DNA of 64,000 nucleotides from Candidatus Hydrogenedens sp. Its GTDB lineage: Bacteria; Hydrogenedentota; Hydrogenedentia; Hydrogenedentales; Hydrogenedentaceae. Position 1 is the first letter of the stretch; each line of letters starts with the position of its first letter. Position numbers and translations under genes: made by a program. Below are positions 38,712-48,403 of this stretch, piece by piece. The DNA lies in the NCBI GenBank assembly GCA_035361075.1, contig DAOSBX010000005.1, positions 27,127 through 91,126 on the forward strand, given 5' to 3'. The notes beneath the pieces were generated by a model, which saw only the letters and a list, made by a program, of their open reading frames with translations, was not told the DNA's origin and did no database searches.

Positions 38712-39197
38712 TTATTCAACATTTTGTGTGGAAGGTGGAGAATAGGGTGTTATCATTGCTGAGGCAATGGCGTGAACCTTCTCCCTGTAATTATAAACTT
38801 TGCCACTTAAAAATAATACTTTCCGACTTTTACCCGATACCGATATTTCAATAGTAAGTGCTGGTGAATTTGCAGGTACAGGATTAATTAATGAAAATTC
38901 AGTGTGAATTGGAATACATGGCCTTTTTGCAACAGAGTAAGCAAAACAGTAAAATGCTTCATTTAATGCCTCAGATATATACCCTGGGTGAAAAAAGCCA
39001 AGGTTATCTTGAAATTTTGGATTTACTGGTAAAATGAAAACTATACTTTTGCCTACTTGAACACCCGCCACACTCATCTTTAATTCTGTAAAGGTTGGGG
39101 ATGGCCATTTTAGGAATATCTCATTACTTTCAAGGTTATATTGTGAGAATGAACTAAAAAACTGTTCCGTTAAATTGTCCACCTTCAATTCTCCCAT
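38712..39197 (-). CDS. Hypothetical protein, possible hot-dog fold thioesterase
   Basis: Weak resemblance to PaaI-type motifs (GFFHPGYISEALNEAF...). 161 aa. Confidence 0.25.
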   Translation of the reverse strand: MGELKVDNLTEQFFSSFSQYNLESNEIFLKWPSPTFTELKMSVAGVQVGKSIVFILPVNPKFQDNLGFFHPGYISEALNEAFYCFAYSVAKRPCIPIHTEFSLINPVPANSPALTIEISVSGKSRKVLFLSGKVYNYREKVHAIASAMITPYSPPSTQNVE

Positions 39198-39283
39198 TTG
39201 GAGTTTCGGAAAAATAACACACTATTACATCTATAGAATGCTATTAATTATAGCCAATATTGTGAAGTTTTTCAAATATATTA

Positions 39284-40510
39284 TTATAATTTATTAATAT
39301 CCACCTCAGGAGCATTTAACTGTTCACATACTGGTAACGGTCCAATAAGGGGACGAAGATAGTCAATATATGCACGTGTTATTCCATTGCCCTTTTCATT
39401 GATATACTCATCGCTCATATACTTTGTTTTATTTGCAATGGCTTCTAATGGCTTTAATTCATAACAAACCGCATAATCAGCTATACGTTGTATAGAGATA
39501 GAACCTGTTAAATTTTGTCCCGCTGAAAATTGAACTGCTTTTTCACCAACTTCGCGGGCTTCTTTTTGGTCAACCTCGCTGACACACCCTAAGAAACTCC
39601 GCTGTGGATAACCTAACGTATCTGCACGTGCTCTCAACTTTTTAATTCCTAATTCAGCAAATCTTTCTTGAAGGTATACAACAACGCTATCACCCAATGC
39701 ACCTGTTCCAGATAGTTGTTTATGCCCAAAATCATCCACTTCACCTTTTGTAAATTTTTCAGTAAATGTTTTTCCATCTTTATCACGAACCCCTTCTGAC
39801 ATAGCAATGATACAACGGCCTAAGCGGTTATATACTTCTTTTACATCTTCAAATAACTTTTTCAGGTCAAATACCCGTTCTGGTAAATAAATTAGATGGG
39901 GTCCATCATCAGCGTATTTCTTTGCATAAACAGAAGAGGCTGTCAGGAAGCCTGAATGACGCCCCATAACAATGACAATATGAATCCCTGGCAAAGCTTT
40001 GTTATCTAAATTAATGCCTGCAAATGCTTGTGCCACATATTTCGCTGCGGAGGGAAATCCAGGGCAATGGTCATTTTCTACTAAATCATTATCTATTGTT
40101 TTAGGAACATGGATTAATCGTAGCTGATAATTTTCTTCAGATGCTGATTCGTTAATAATTCGACATGCTTCAGAACTATCATTTCCCCCAATATAACAGA
40201 AATAACGGATGTTATATTTTTTGAAAACTTCAAATATTTTTTTACAGTACTCTTTATCAGGTTTATCCCGTGTTGATAAGAGTGCTGAAGATGGAGTTTG
40301 AGCAATCGCTTCTAAATGATGGGAGGAAATTTCTGTCAAGTCCAATAAATTTTCTTTAACAATCCCTTTTACCCCATGCTTTGCACCAAAAATGCGAGTA
40401 ATTTGTGGATATTTTCTTGCTTCTGTGATAATCCCAACTAAACTTTGATTAATAACCGCAGTTGGTCCGCCTCCTTGGGCTACAAGTAAATTTCCTTTTA
40501 TCGTTGACAT
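39284..40510 (-). CDS. 6-phosphofructokinase (PFK family, probably PPi-dependent/mixed type)
   Basis: LLVAQGGGPTAVINQSLVGII...CYIGGNDS...KTIDNDL...MGRHSGFL are the PFK blocks. 408 aa. Confidence 0.75.
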   Translation of the reverse strand: MSTIKGNLLVAQGGGPTAVINQSLVGIITEARKYPQITRIFGAKHGVKGIVKENLLDLTEISSHHLEAIAQTPSSALLSTRDKPDKEYCKKIFEVFKKYNIRYFCYIGGNDSSEACRIINESASEENYQLRLIHVPKTIDNDLVENDHCPGFPSAAKYVAQAFAGINLDNKALPGIHIVIVMGRHSGFLTASSVYAKKYADDGPHLIYLPERVFDLKKLFEDVKEVYNRLGRCIIAMSEGVRDKDGKTFTEKFTKGEVDDFGHKQLSGTGALGDSVVVYLQERFAELGIKKLRARADTLGYPQRSFLGCVSEVDQKEAREVGEKAVQFSAGQNLTGSISIQRIADYAVCYELKPLEAIANKTKYMSDEYINEKGNGITRAYIDYLRPLIGPLPVCEQLNAPEVDINKL

Positions 40511-40856
40511 GGATTCTCTCCTTCTTGATAGGGTTCTTTTTAGTAAGTTAATAAATAAAACAGAATAAAATTGGCAATATTATGCCACTTTTTTATTCTA
40601 AAATACAAAAGACAATTTGCCTACTCATAAATCTAAACGAAACATAAAATCTCTAAAAAGAATTAAGTAGCTATATCTATAAGAAAGTAACAACAGTCCA
40701 AACGCTATTTCTAATTCTCCTAAAGCATGGATTAACTACAATAATACCTTATCGAGAGAAGGGGGTTAAGACCCAAGATGCAAATAAGTTTTCCTCAGCT
40801 CTATTTATATTACAAGACATAGTGGCTATAATAGATAGACTGTTTGGATAGAGTTG

Positions 40857-42236
40857 TTAAATGTCAACGGGTTGACGGTATTTTAATATAGAAAGATTGT
40901 TAACGCCTTTTTCTTTCAAAGCAGAATAAAGAGCTTGTATTGCCTTCGGTTCACCATGTACTAAAAATATGTTTGTATCCGTATTTGCATAGTGTGCACC
41001 GAAATCAATAAGTTCCGACCTACCAGCGTGTGCACTAAATTCATTCATTATTTTAACCTGTGCTTTAAGTTCCACCATTACGCCTAAAATTCGAACTCGT
41101 GGTTCTTTTTCCACGATTTTTCGTCCTAAGGTATATTCTGCTTGAAAACCAATAATTAAAATTGTATTTTTAGGGTCAGATATATTGTTTCGCAAGTGGT
41201 GTAGAATACGGCCATATTCACACATACCAGAGGCAGATATAATAATGGCAGGACCTTTCAGAGTGTTTAGTTCCATTGATTCTGTTTGTGAACGAATATA
41301 TCGTATCCGTTTCAAATCAAATGGATTCCCTGCATTTCGCAATTGTTGTTTGAAGTCTTCGTCAAATGATTCCATGTGAAGGCGAAACACTTCTGTAATA
41401 TCTACCGCAAGTGGACTATCCACAAACACGGGTATATCTGGGATTCTATTTTGAGTTTCTAATCGATGTAATGCATAGATAAATTCTTGAGTTCGTTCTA
41501 ATGCAAAGCTGGGGACAATTATTTTTCCTCCTTGATGGACTGTTTCTTTAATAATCTCTTCTAATTTAGCGTCCATCTGTTCCATATTACCATGGTCTCG
41601 GTCACCATACGTGGATTCCATAATCAGGGTATCACAAGGCTTAGGTTCCCAAGGGTCTGCAAGAATCGGCATATTTTTACGTCCTATGTCCCCTGAAAAG
41701 ATAAGCCGTTTCCACTTTCCAAATTCACGATATTCCAGCTCGACCATAGCAGAGCCAAGTACATGCCCAGCATCATGGAATGTTAAAAATATATCGTTTG
41801 CAATCTGAAGACGCATTTCATAAGGGATGGATACAAAACGTCTCATAATTTCGTGAACGTCATCAGAGCTATACAACGGTGGTATAAAAGTCATATTTTT
41901 CTTCGATAACCACTGGGCATCTTTTTGTTGTATATGAGCACTATCCATAAGCATGATTGAACATAAATCTCGGGTTGCAGGGGTAGAATAAATGGGTCCC
42001 TTATAGTTCTTTTTCCCAAAATAAGGCAGTAACCCACTATGGTCGATATGAGCATGACTTAAAACAATACAATTTATTTTATTAATATCTAATGAATTCT
42101 GTCGGTTCTTTTGGTCTGCTTCCATCCGTCTTCCTTGAAATAAACCGCAGTCTAATAAAATTTTTGTCCCATCAATTTCAAGGAGATGTTTACTTCCTGT
42201 AACTTCTTCTGCTGCTCCGTATGAGGTTATTTTCAT
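40857..42236 (-). CDS. MBL-fold metallo-hydrolase with beta-CASP/RNA-metabolising domain (COG1236-like)
   Basis: HxHxDH motif HAHIDHSG. 459 aa with a beta-CASP-like middle region and C-terminal His (FLVHGEP). Confidence 0.6.
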   Translation of the reverse strand: MKITSYGAAEEVTGSKHLLEIDGTKILLDCGLFQGRRMEADQKNRQNSLDINKINCIVLSHAHIDHSGLLPYFGKKNYKGPIYSTPATRDLCSIMLMDSAHIQQKDAQWLSKKNMTFIPPLYSSDDVHEIMRRFVSIPYEMRLQIANDIFLTFHDAGHVLGSAMVELEYREFGKWKRLIFSGDIGRKNMPILADPWEPKPCDTLIMESTYGDRDHGNMEQMDAKLEEIIKETVHQGGKIIVPSFALERTQEFIYALHRLETQNRIPDIPVFVDSPLAVDITEVFRLHMESFDEDFKQQLRNAGNPFDLKRIRYIRSQTESMELNTLKGPAIIISASGMCEYGRILHHLRNNISDPKNTILIIGFQAEYTLGRKIVEKEPRVRILGVMVELKAQVKIMNEFSAHAGRSELIDFGAHYANTDTNIFLVHGEPKAIQALYSALKEKGVNNLSILKYRQPVDI

Positions 42237-42811
42237 GAAGTTGCCTCCCTATTTCGAATTATGGGTGGATGAGATTTAAACCATTCAACACATCGTTGAA
42301 CCAGGTGTTTGGGATTGCTATCAAATATTATATTTGCCCCTGTCTTTTTTTCGATGATTGGAAGTATATCATCAATATGGTCTGCTACACCTCCAGTCCC
42401 CATCAAAACCCCAATAGGACGTCCCTCATCATAAGCAATAGCAAATTCGCCCAACGTTCCAGAACGGCCTCCTACGATAATAATAATATCGCAACTACGA
42501 ACACCTATAACCTCACGCCCCATCAAACCAGAACCTGTGTAAATCATAACGTCAATATTATCTAATGGACTACCATAGACATGGATATGTTCATATTCAC
42601 TAAGGGCAGGAGATACACCAATGGTTAAGCCTCCTTTTGATTTACATCCTTTAACTGCTTCGTGAGGTAATCCAGGACAACCACCTGTAAGAATAACACA
42701 GTCCAGCTCTGCAATAGTCTCACCTAAAATTCTACATTTTTGAGCTATTTCTGGGGAAATAACACCCCCAGCTGAGCCCATAACGCCTATCTTTATCTTG
42801 GGTCTATCCAT
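42233..42811 (-). CDS. LOG/TIGR00725-family Rossmann-fold protein
   Basis: KIGVMGSAGGVISPEIAQKCRILGETIAELDCVILTGGCPGLPHEA...IIIVGGRSGTLGEFAIAY matches the SLOG/LOG-like pattern. Confidence 0.5.
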   Translation of the reverse strand: MDRPKIKIGVMGSAGGVISPEIAQKCRILGETIAELDCVILTGGCPGLPHEAVKGCKSKGGLTIGVSPALSEYEHIHVYGSPLDNIDVMIYTGSGLMGREVIGVRSCDIIIIVGGRSGTLGEFAIAYDEGRPIGVLMGTGGVADHIDDILPIIEKKTGANIIFDSNPKHLVQRCVEWFKSHPPIIRNREATS

Positions 42812-44489
42812 TCGATTTTACTCCTTTCTTTTGCATTTCTTTTAAGAGTTCATTTGCATGTTTCAAACTTATTTCCGAGACAGAACCATCTAACATTCTC
42901 GCAATTTCTTTAATTCTATCTTCTTTTTGCAGTAATTTCATTTTCGTAACTGTTCTTTCATTTTCTATCTCTTTTAATATTTGGAAATGTGTTTTTCCCA
43001 TTACCGCTATTTGTGGTAGATGTGTAATAACGATAACTTGGTGATATTTCGCTAATTCTGCAAGTTGATGTGCTACACTTCGTGCGACAATGCCTCCAAC
43101 CCCAGCATCTATTTCATCAAAAATTAACGTTGGGACCTGGTCAACATTTGTTAATACTGTTTTTAATGCAAGCATTATTCGTGATATTTCACCGCCAGAG
43201 GCAATTTGTCTTAGGACTTTCTCATTCTCACCTAAATTCGGCGTTAATAAAAACTCAATTTGTTCAATGCCATGTTGATTTAGGGGACAAGGCTCTATTT
43301 TTACCCGAAATACCGCCTCCTTCATTCCTAAATCTTTTAGTAAACGTGTTACTTCTGTAGATAAGATTTCTGCTCCTTCGCGCCTACGCTTTGATAGTAT
43401 TTCTGCTTCACGGGTAATATCCTCATAAAGCACGTTGGTTGTTTGTTTTAATTCTTCTAATTTTTCTTCACTATTCAATACGGCTTCGAGAGTTGAACGT
43501 GCTTTTTTTGCATATTCAAGCACTTCTTCTATACTATTCCCATATTTTCGTTTTAATCGGTTTATTTGATTTAATCGTTGGTTTAGTTGTTCTATCTCTT
43601 CGTCACTGATTTCCACAAGGTTAGTGCATCGTTCACATTCACGGTTTAATTCATTTAATTCACATTGAATTTCTTCCAATTGGTTGAAATACGATTCGAA
43701 AGAGGAGTCATGTTTCTTTAATTCTCCTACCATCATTTGGACTCTATTCAGAAAGGTTAAAATACTTATTTCAGAGCCAGTTAAGAGTTCTACAACTTCC
43801 CTTGCACTTTTCCGTATATTTTCCAAATTTGTAACATAGGCAAGTCGGTCCTTTAGTTCCTCGTCCTCTCCTATTGTCGGATTTACTTGTTCAATTTCAT
43901 TTAATTCATGTTTTAACAATTCGATTTCACGGTTCTGCCTTTTTTGGAGTTCTTCTATTGTTCTTATCTCATCCTCTATTTTTTTAATTTGATTGTATTT
44001 CTTTTTTACCGATTCAGAAATGGTAAGTGCGTCCGCATACGAATCAAGAAGTTCTAATTGGCAGATGGGTTTTAACACAGACTGGTGCTCATGTTGCCCA
44101 TGAAAATCAACAAGCTCATTGCCCAAATTTAAAAGAACATTTACTGGCACAGGACGTCCTGAAAGCCATGCTTTGCTTCTACCATCAGATGAAATAACAC
44201 GGGAGAGGATAAGTCGGTCATCATCTAACTCAATTTCATATTCCTCTAAAATAACTTTCACAGAATTAGGAACCGTTGATATATGGAACACCGCATCCAC
44301 TCTGGCTTTATCAGCCCCAGACCGAATTACATCTATAGAAGCCCGTTCTCCCAATGCCATTTGAAGAGCCTCTACAATAATAGATTTTCCTGCACCCGTC
44401 TCACCTGTAAGGATATTTAATCCATCGGAAAACTGTATTTCCAGCTTGTCAATTAAAGCAAAATCTTTAATATAAAGCGATTCTAACAT
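42804..44489 (-). CDS. recN: DNA repair protein RecN
   Basis: MLESLYIKDFALIDKLEIQFSDGLNILTGETGAGKSIIVEALQMALGERAS. Long coiled coil. C-terminal LSGGEISRIMLALK signature and DEIDAGVGG Walker B. Confidence 0.9.
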   Translation of the reverse strand: MLESLYIKDFALIDKLEIQFSDGLNILTGETGAGKSIIVEALQMALGERASIDVIRSGADKARVDAVFHISTVPNSVKVILEEYEIELDDDRLILSRVISSDGRSKAWLSGRPVPVNVLLNLGNELVDFHGQHEHQSVLKPICQLELLDSYADALTISESVKKKYNQIKKIEDEIRTIEELQKRQNREIELLKHELNEIEQVNPTIGEDEELKDRLAYVTNLENIRKSAREVVELLTGSEISILTFLNRVQMMVGELKKHDSSFESYFNQLEEIQCELNELNRECERCTNLVEISDEEIEQLNQRLNQINRLKRKYGNSIEEVLEYAKKARSTLEAVLNSEEKLEELKQTTNVLYEDITREAEILSKRRREGAEILSTEVTRLLKDLGMKEAVFRVKIEPCPLNQHGIEQIEFLLTPNLGENEKVLRQIASGGEISRIMLALKTVLTNVDQVPTLIFDEIDAGVGGIVARSVAHQLAELAKYHQVIVITHLPQIAVMGKTHFQILKEIENERTVTKMKLLQKEDRIKEIARMLDGSVSEISLKHANELLKEMQKKGVKSNG

Positions 44490-44492
44490 TAC

Positions 44493-45245
44493 TTACCCTT
44501 TTTCTAATGTTTTATCCTTGTTCAAGGCAAGGTATGCAAGAAACTCTTGATTCCCTGCAGGTCCTTTTATTGGTGAAGGAACTAAACCAAGAACTTCAAA
44601 TCCTAAAGTTTTAGCTTCTAATAATACTTTATCTACCGCTTTCATTATAATCTCGGTGTTTTTAACCACTCCACCTTTTTCAACATATTCACGACCAACC
44701 TCAAACTGAGGTTTAATTAATATTACCCCTTTTGATGGTCTATCTACTAATAAAATAACTTTGGGAAGAATCAATGATAATGAGATAAAAGAGCAATCAA
44801 TGGTGAAAAAGTTGGGTTTTTCTGGTAATTGTTCAGGTTTTAATAATCGTATATTACAACGCTCCATAACCACAACACGGGGATTATTTCTTATAGCCCA
44901 TGCTAATTGACCATATCCCACATCGACCGCATAAACTTTTTTTGCTCCATACTGTAATAAACAATCTGTAAATCCACCTGTTGATGCACCGATGTCAATG
45001 GCTACAACAGAGTCAACATTTATATTAAAATGTTTTAATGCATGCTCTAATTTAACACCCCCTCGACTTACAAAACGATTATCTTGAATAACTTTAAGTT
45101 CAATGTTTTCTGGAACTTTCGTGCCTGGTTTATCTAAACAGGTGCCATTCTTGTCAAAGACTTTACCAGAACGAATTAGGGATTGAATTTGTGCTCGTGT
45201 TAGATTTAACCGCTTTTGCAAAAGAACATCTAATCGCTCACGCAT
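44493..45245 (-). CDS. tlyA: TlyA-family 16S/23S rRNA (cytidine-2'-O)-methyltransferase
   Basis: S4 domain RLDVLLQKRLNLTRAQIQSLIRSGKV plus FtsJ-like IDIGASTGGFTDCLLQYGAKKVYAVDVG. Confidence 0.8.
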   Translation of the reverse strand: MRERLDVLLQKRLNLTRAQIQSLIRSGKVFDKNGTCLDKPGTKVPENIELKVIQDNRFVSRGGVKLEHALKHFNINVDSVVAIDIGASTGGFTDCLLQYGAKKVYAVDVGYGQLAWAIRNNPRVVVMERCNIRLLKPEQLPEKPNFFTIDCSFISLSLILPKVILLVDRPSKGVILIKPQFEVGREYVEKGGVVKNTEIIMKAVDKVLLEAKTLGFEVLGLVPSPIKGPAGNQEFLAYLALNKDKTLEKG

Positions 45246-45339
45246 AATCAGAATAAAATTTCTGTTTCCTATTTGATTTTATTAAGTTTTTTTAGGGTAT
45301 TATTATCTTATACAAAAAGGATAGAAAAAGGAAAATGAC

Positions 45340-46116
45340 ATGCAAAAAAAATTATGTATATGGTTAGTATTTTCAATATTTATGTTTATTTTAAATTGTT
45401 CGTTTGCGGAAGGAATCTTAACCATTTCTGATATTCAAGTTCCAAGCCCATGTGTATTTAAGATACCCATTCAATGGAATAATAATTCATCAAATATAAG
45501 TACACTTGTTATACAGTGGAATATTGATAATCCAAATTTATATTTTTTGGAAGCTGAACCCTCCACAGAGGTTACAAATAAAGGTAAAAAAATAATGATT
45601 CAAAAAACAGGACAGCAACTTAACTTTGCAGTTTTTGGAGGGACGGAATCTATTCCCGACGGTGTACTTGCACATGTTGTTTTACAAATAACAGAACCTT
45701 TACAGGAAAATAATCAGATTTCTATTGCGACTATTACCGCAAGTGGGGCAGATGGGAAAGCACTACCACAAGATGTAAGTATATCTTCTGGAAAAATAAC
45801 CATAAAAAATAATTCTAATTACCATACCGCTGATACAAGCAAAGATTGGACTATTAACATGTCAGAATTGCTGAGAGTTGTGCAATTATTTAATGCTCGT
45901 GAATATCATTGTGAACAAGGGACAGAGGATGGGTATGGACCCTACGGAGGGAGTAGAAATTGCCCACCACATAAATCGGATTACAATCCTCAAAATTGGA
46001 AGATTCAACTGGACGAATTATTACGGGCTATACAATTTTTCAATCATCCTGGTGGTAGTTATCATCCAGACACAAACGGTGAGGATAAATATGCACCAGG
46101 ACCATTCTCAAAATAA
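45340..46116 (+). CDS. Hypothetical secreted protein: beta-rich N-terminal domain plus two C-terminal tandem repeats
   Basis: Signal peptide. Internal repeats INMSELLRVVQLFNAREYHCEQG and IQLDELLRAIQFFNHPGGSYHPD. No known domain recognised. Confidence 0.4.
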   Translation: MQKKLCIWLVFSIFMFILNCSFAEGILTISDIQVPSPCVFKIPIQWNNNSSNISTLVIQWNIDNPNLYFLEAEPSTEVTNKGKKIMIQKTGQQLNFAVFGGTESIPDGVLAHVVLQITEPLQENNQISIATITASGADGKALPQDVSISSGKITIKNNSNYHTADTSKDWTINMSELLRVVQLFNAREYHCEQGTEDGYGPYGGSRNCPPHKSDYNPQNWKIQLDELLRAIQFFNHPGGSYHPDTNGEDKYAPGPFSK

Positions 46117-46220
46117 CGCAAACTAATCACCTTTTTAAACGACTGAACAATTTTCTAACGTATAAAATTGAAAGAAATTAAGATAATTTTATAATAATAT
46201 TTTAATTGAACTCTTTAATA

Positions 46221-47066
46221 TTACTTTTTTCCAATATTATTTTGTGAGGGAAGAGGATTTAATAGCCAATCTTTGTAGACAACATCAACGCAGTACTTTG
46301 CCAAATAATAATACCCCTCTCCACTTAAATGAACATTGTCCATCATAGCATCCTTGTCATTGCAAAAATCCGGATTTCCGCCAGGGAATGGTTGGTAGTC
46401 CGGGTATTGACCCGGAAGAGGAACTGTTTTAGGAAGAATATCATCTTCTACCCCAAAATAATACTGCATTAATCCGTATGTCTGAATATGACGGCATCTC
46501 TCTATTTTCTTACAGAGTTCCATCCGCCTCCGCGACAACTCAGCACCAGCCATGTTTAGTTCTTGACACCGAGCTTTACCTCTACCTTTATTAATGTAAT
46601 CATATTCAACCAGAGCTACTCGAAGGTTTGGTTTCATATCTAATAATGCCCTGATAACAGTCTCCGTATCCTTTACAATTTGTTGAAAAAGAGATTCTTT
46701 TGCCTCGGGTGGCATATCTATTCGCCAATTGTTCAGAAAATCATTGCCACCAATGCTTAGATGAATAATGTCAATAGTAGGATAATGTTCCAATTCTCTA
46801 CGAACTTGGTCAAGCCACTTCGGATTTGTCCACTGTGATACTTCACTACCAGGAACTGTTGTATATAGTCCTATCTCTTCATATTCACCTAAACCCGAAT
46901 CCTGTAAGGCATCTCTTAATGAACGGTTCAAATACATAAACCATGCCCAACTATCACCTACCATTAAAATACGTGGAGTTTTAGCCTCTACTGAAAAATG
47001 AAACAAAATACAGAAAAATAAAATTAATAAAAGAGTCTTAGTAAAAAGATGGTAATTTTTTTTCAT
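46221..47066 (-). CDS. Secreted SGNH/GDSL-family hydrolase
   Basis: Signal peptide. Block I ILMVGDSWAW. Block III HLSIGGNDF. C-terminal DxxH-like region. Confidence 0.6.
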   Translation of the reverse strand: MKKNYHLFTKTLLLILFFCILFHFSVEAKTPRILMVGDSWAWFMYLNRSLRDALQDSGLGEYEEIGLYTTVPGSEVSQWTNPKWLDQVRRELEHYPTIDIIHLSIGGNDFLNNWRIDMPPEAKESLFQQIVKDTETVIRALLDMKPNLRVALVEYDYINKGRGKARCQELNMAGAELSRRRMELCKKIERCRHIQTYGLMQYYFGVEDDILPKTVPLPGQYPDYQPFPGGNPDFCNDKDAMMDNVHLSGEGYYYLAKYCVDVVYKDWLLNPLPSQNNIGKK

Positions 47067-47265
47067 TTAAATTAACCCTTCCTTTGATTATGATATATAT
47101 TAGAAAGACTTTTATTTGTTTTAATTGGTTTTATTTTTTTGGAAAAATAATTTAGATTAAATAGAAATGAAATTTCAATTGTAAGATAGCTAACAATTAA
47201 GTTTTGGTGAAAATAGAGAAGGTAAAAAATAAAAATAGAACAAGAATAGGTAAGTACAGGCTTTC

Positions 47266-48213
47266 TTAGTAATATACTTCTTTTTTATCAGATAGGTCTT
47301 TACCTACAATACTGACATTAGGTCTTGTAAACGCACGTAACAGATTTTTTACAGCGATGCCCAACAGTTCTTCTCCAGATGAAACTAATTTTTCGTGGCA
47401 ACTAACAATACCAAATTTAGGTTGTAATGAAACTCTATCTTCTTCTTCAAATAAGTTTTCTTCAAGTTTTTTTGAGATTTTTAACGCATATTTTATCGCA
47501 TTATCAAGGGGTTGATGTGGTAATACAATAACGAATTTTGAACCTTCGTATCGAGATAGAATATCGGAAGTTCGGGAATTTTGTTTTAGGGTTAAAGCGA
47601 CATCCATTAGAAATGATTCTTGTTCTGTTATATCTATCTTATTTGATTCTTCTCCATTTAGATTATAATCAATGAAATCCATCATTAGACAGCTTAATGG
47701 GAGCTTGTGTCTGTCAATTCGTGCTATTTCTTCCTCCAACCGTTCTGCAAGATAACGGTAATTTTTAAGTCCTGTAATGGGGTCAGTATAAACGGGGTCA
47801 ATCCAAAATTCTGATGGGCTATTGATATATGCTGATATATGTGTCGTTCGCAAAGCCATTTCTACCGCAACAAGCACCATAGGTAAGTTATATGGCTTAG
47901 CAATATAATCAACTGCCCCTAACTCATGCCCTAACGCTACATCCTGTATAGAGCCTTTTGCAGTGATAAATATAATAGGAATATTTTTCGTTGTCGGATC
48001 TTCTTTTAATCGTTTGCACACCTCAATTCCATCAATATCAGGAAGTCCTATGTCAAGAAGGAGCAAATCAACCTTGCCACTTCTACATAATTCCAGTGCC
48101 TCCATACCACAAAAGGCTGGAATCGCTTCATAATTGTTTAGTTTTAGACTTTCACAAAGGATTGTTACTTCATCTTTATTGTCATCTGCTACACAAACTC
48201 TTACTGTCTTCAT
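47266..48213 (-). CDS. Response regulator: receiver domain fused to a degenerate GGDEF-like domain (YEGSKF)
   Basis: REC: VRVCVADDNKDE...DLLLLDIGLPDIDG...VDYIAKPY. C-terminal domain has GGDEF topology (DPITGLKNYRYL...) but the signature is RYEGSKFVIVL. Paralog of 27083-28015. Confidence 0.6.
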   Translation of the reverse strand: MKTVRVCVADDNKDEVTILCESLKLNNYEAIPAFCGMEALELCRSGKVDLLLLDIGLPDIDGIEVCKRLKEDPTTKNIPIIFITAKGSIQDVALGHELGAVDYIAKPYNLPMVLVAVEMALRTTHISAYINSPSEFWIDPVYTDPITGLKNYRYLAERLEEEIARIDRHKLPLSCLMMDFIDYNLNGEESNKIDITEQESFLMDVALTLKQNSRTSDILSRYEGSKFVIVLPHQPLDNAIKYALKISKKLEENLFEEEDRVSLQPKFGIVSCHEKLVSSGEELLGIAVKNLLRAFTRPNVSIVGKDLSDKKEVYY

Positions 48214-48403
48214 TTTTACCTCTTCGTTGTTTTATTTTTTTCCTTTATCATCTTTCAATTATATTTTACCTCAAAATGTATATTTTTTGCCAAAAATTTT
48301 AAATAAAAACAAAAAAATTTATTTTTTATTAAATAAATATTTATTATTGATTTTCATTCGGCTTATTTGTTATATTTGTTTTCATTCGTAAGGAATCCAG
48401 CCA

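Noticed and set aside
48214-48403. AT-rich intergenic region with tandem TTTTCATTCG direct repeat; considered as a CRISPR-like or iteron array
   Set aside because: Only two short copies and no spacer-repeat periodicity. It is more likely an operator or UP-element in the divergent promoter region between the REC-GGDEF gene and exbD.
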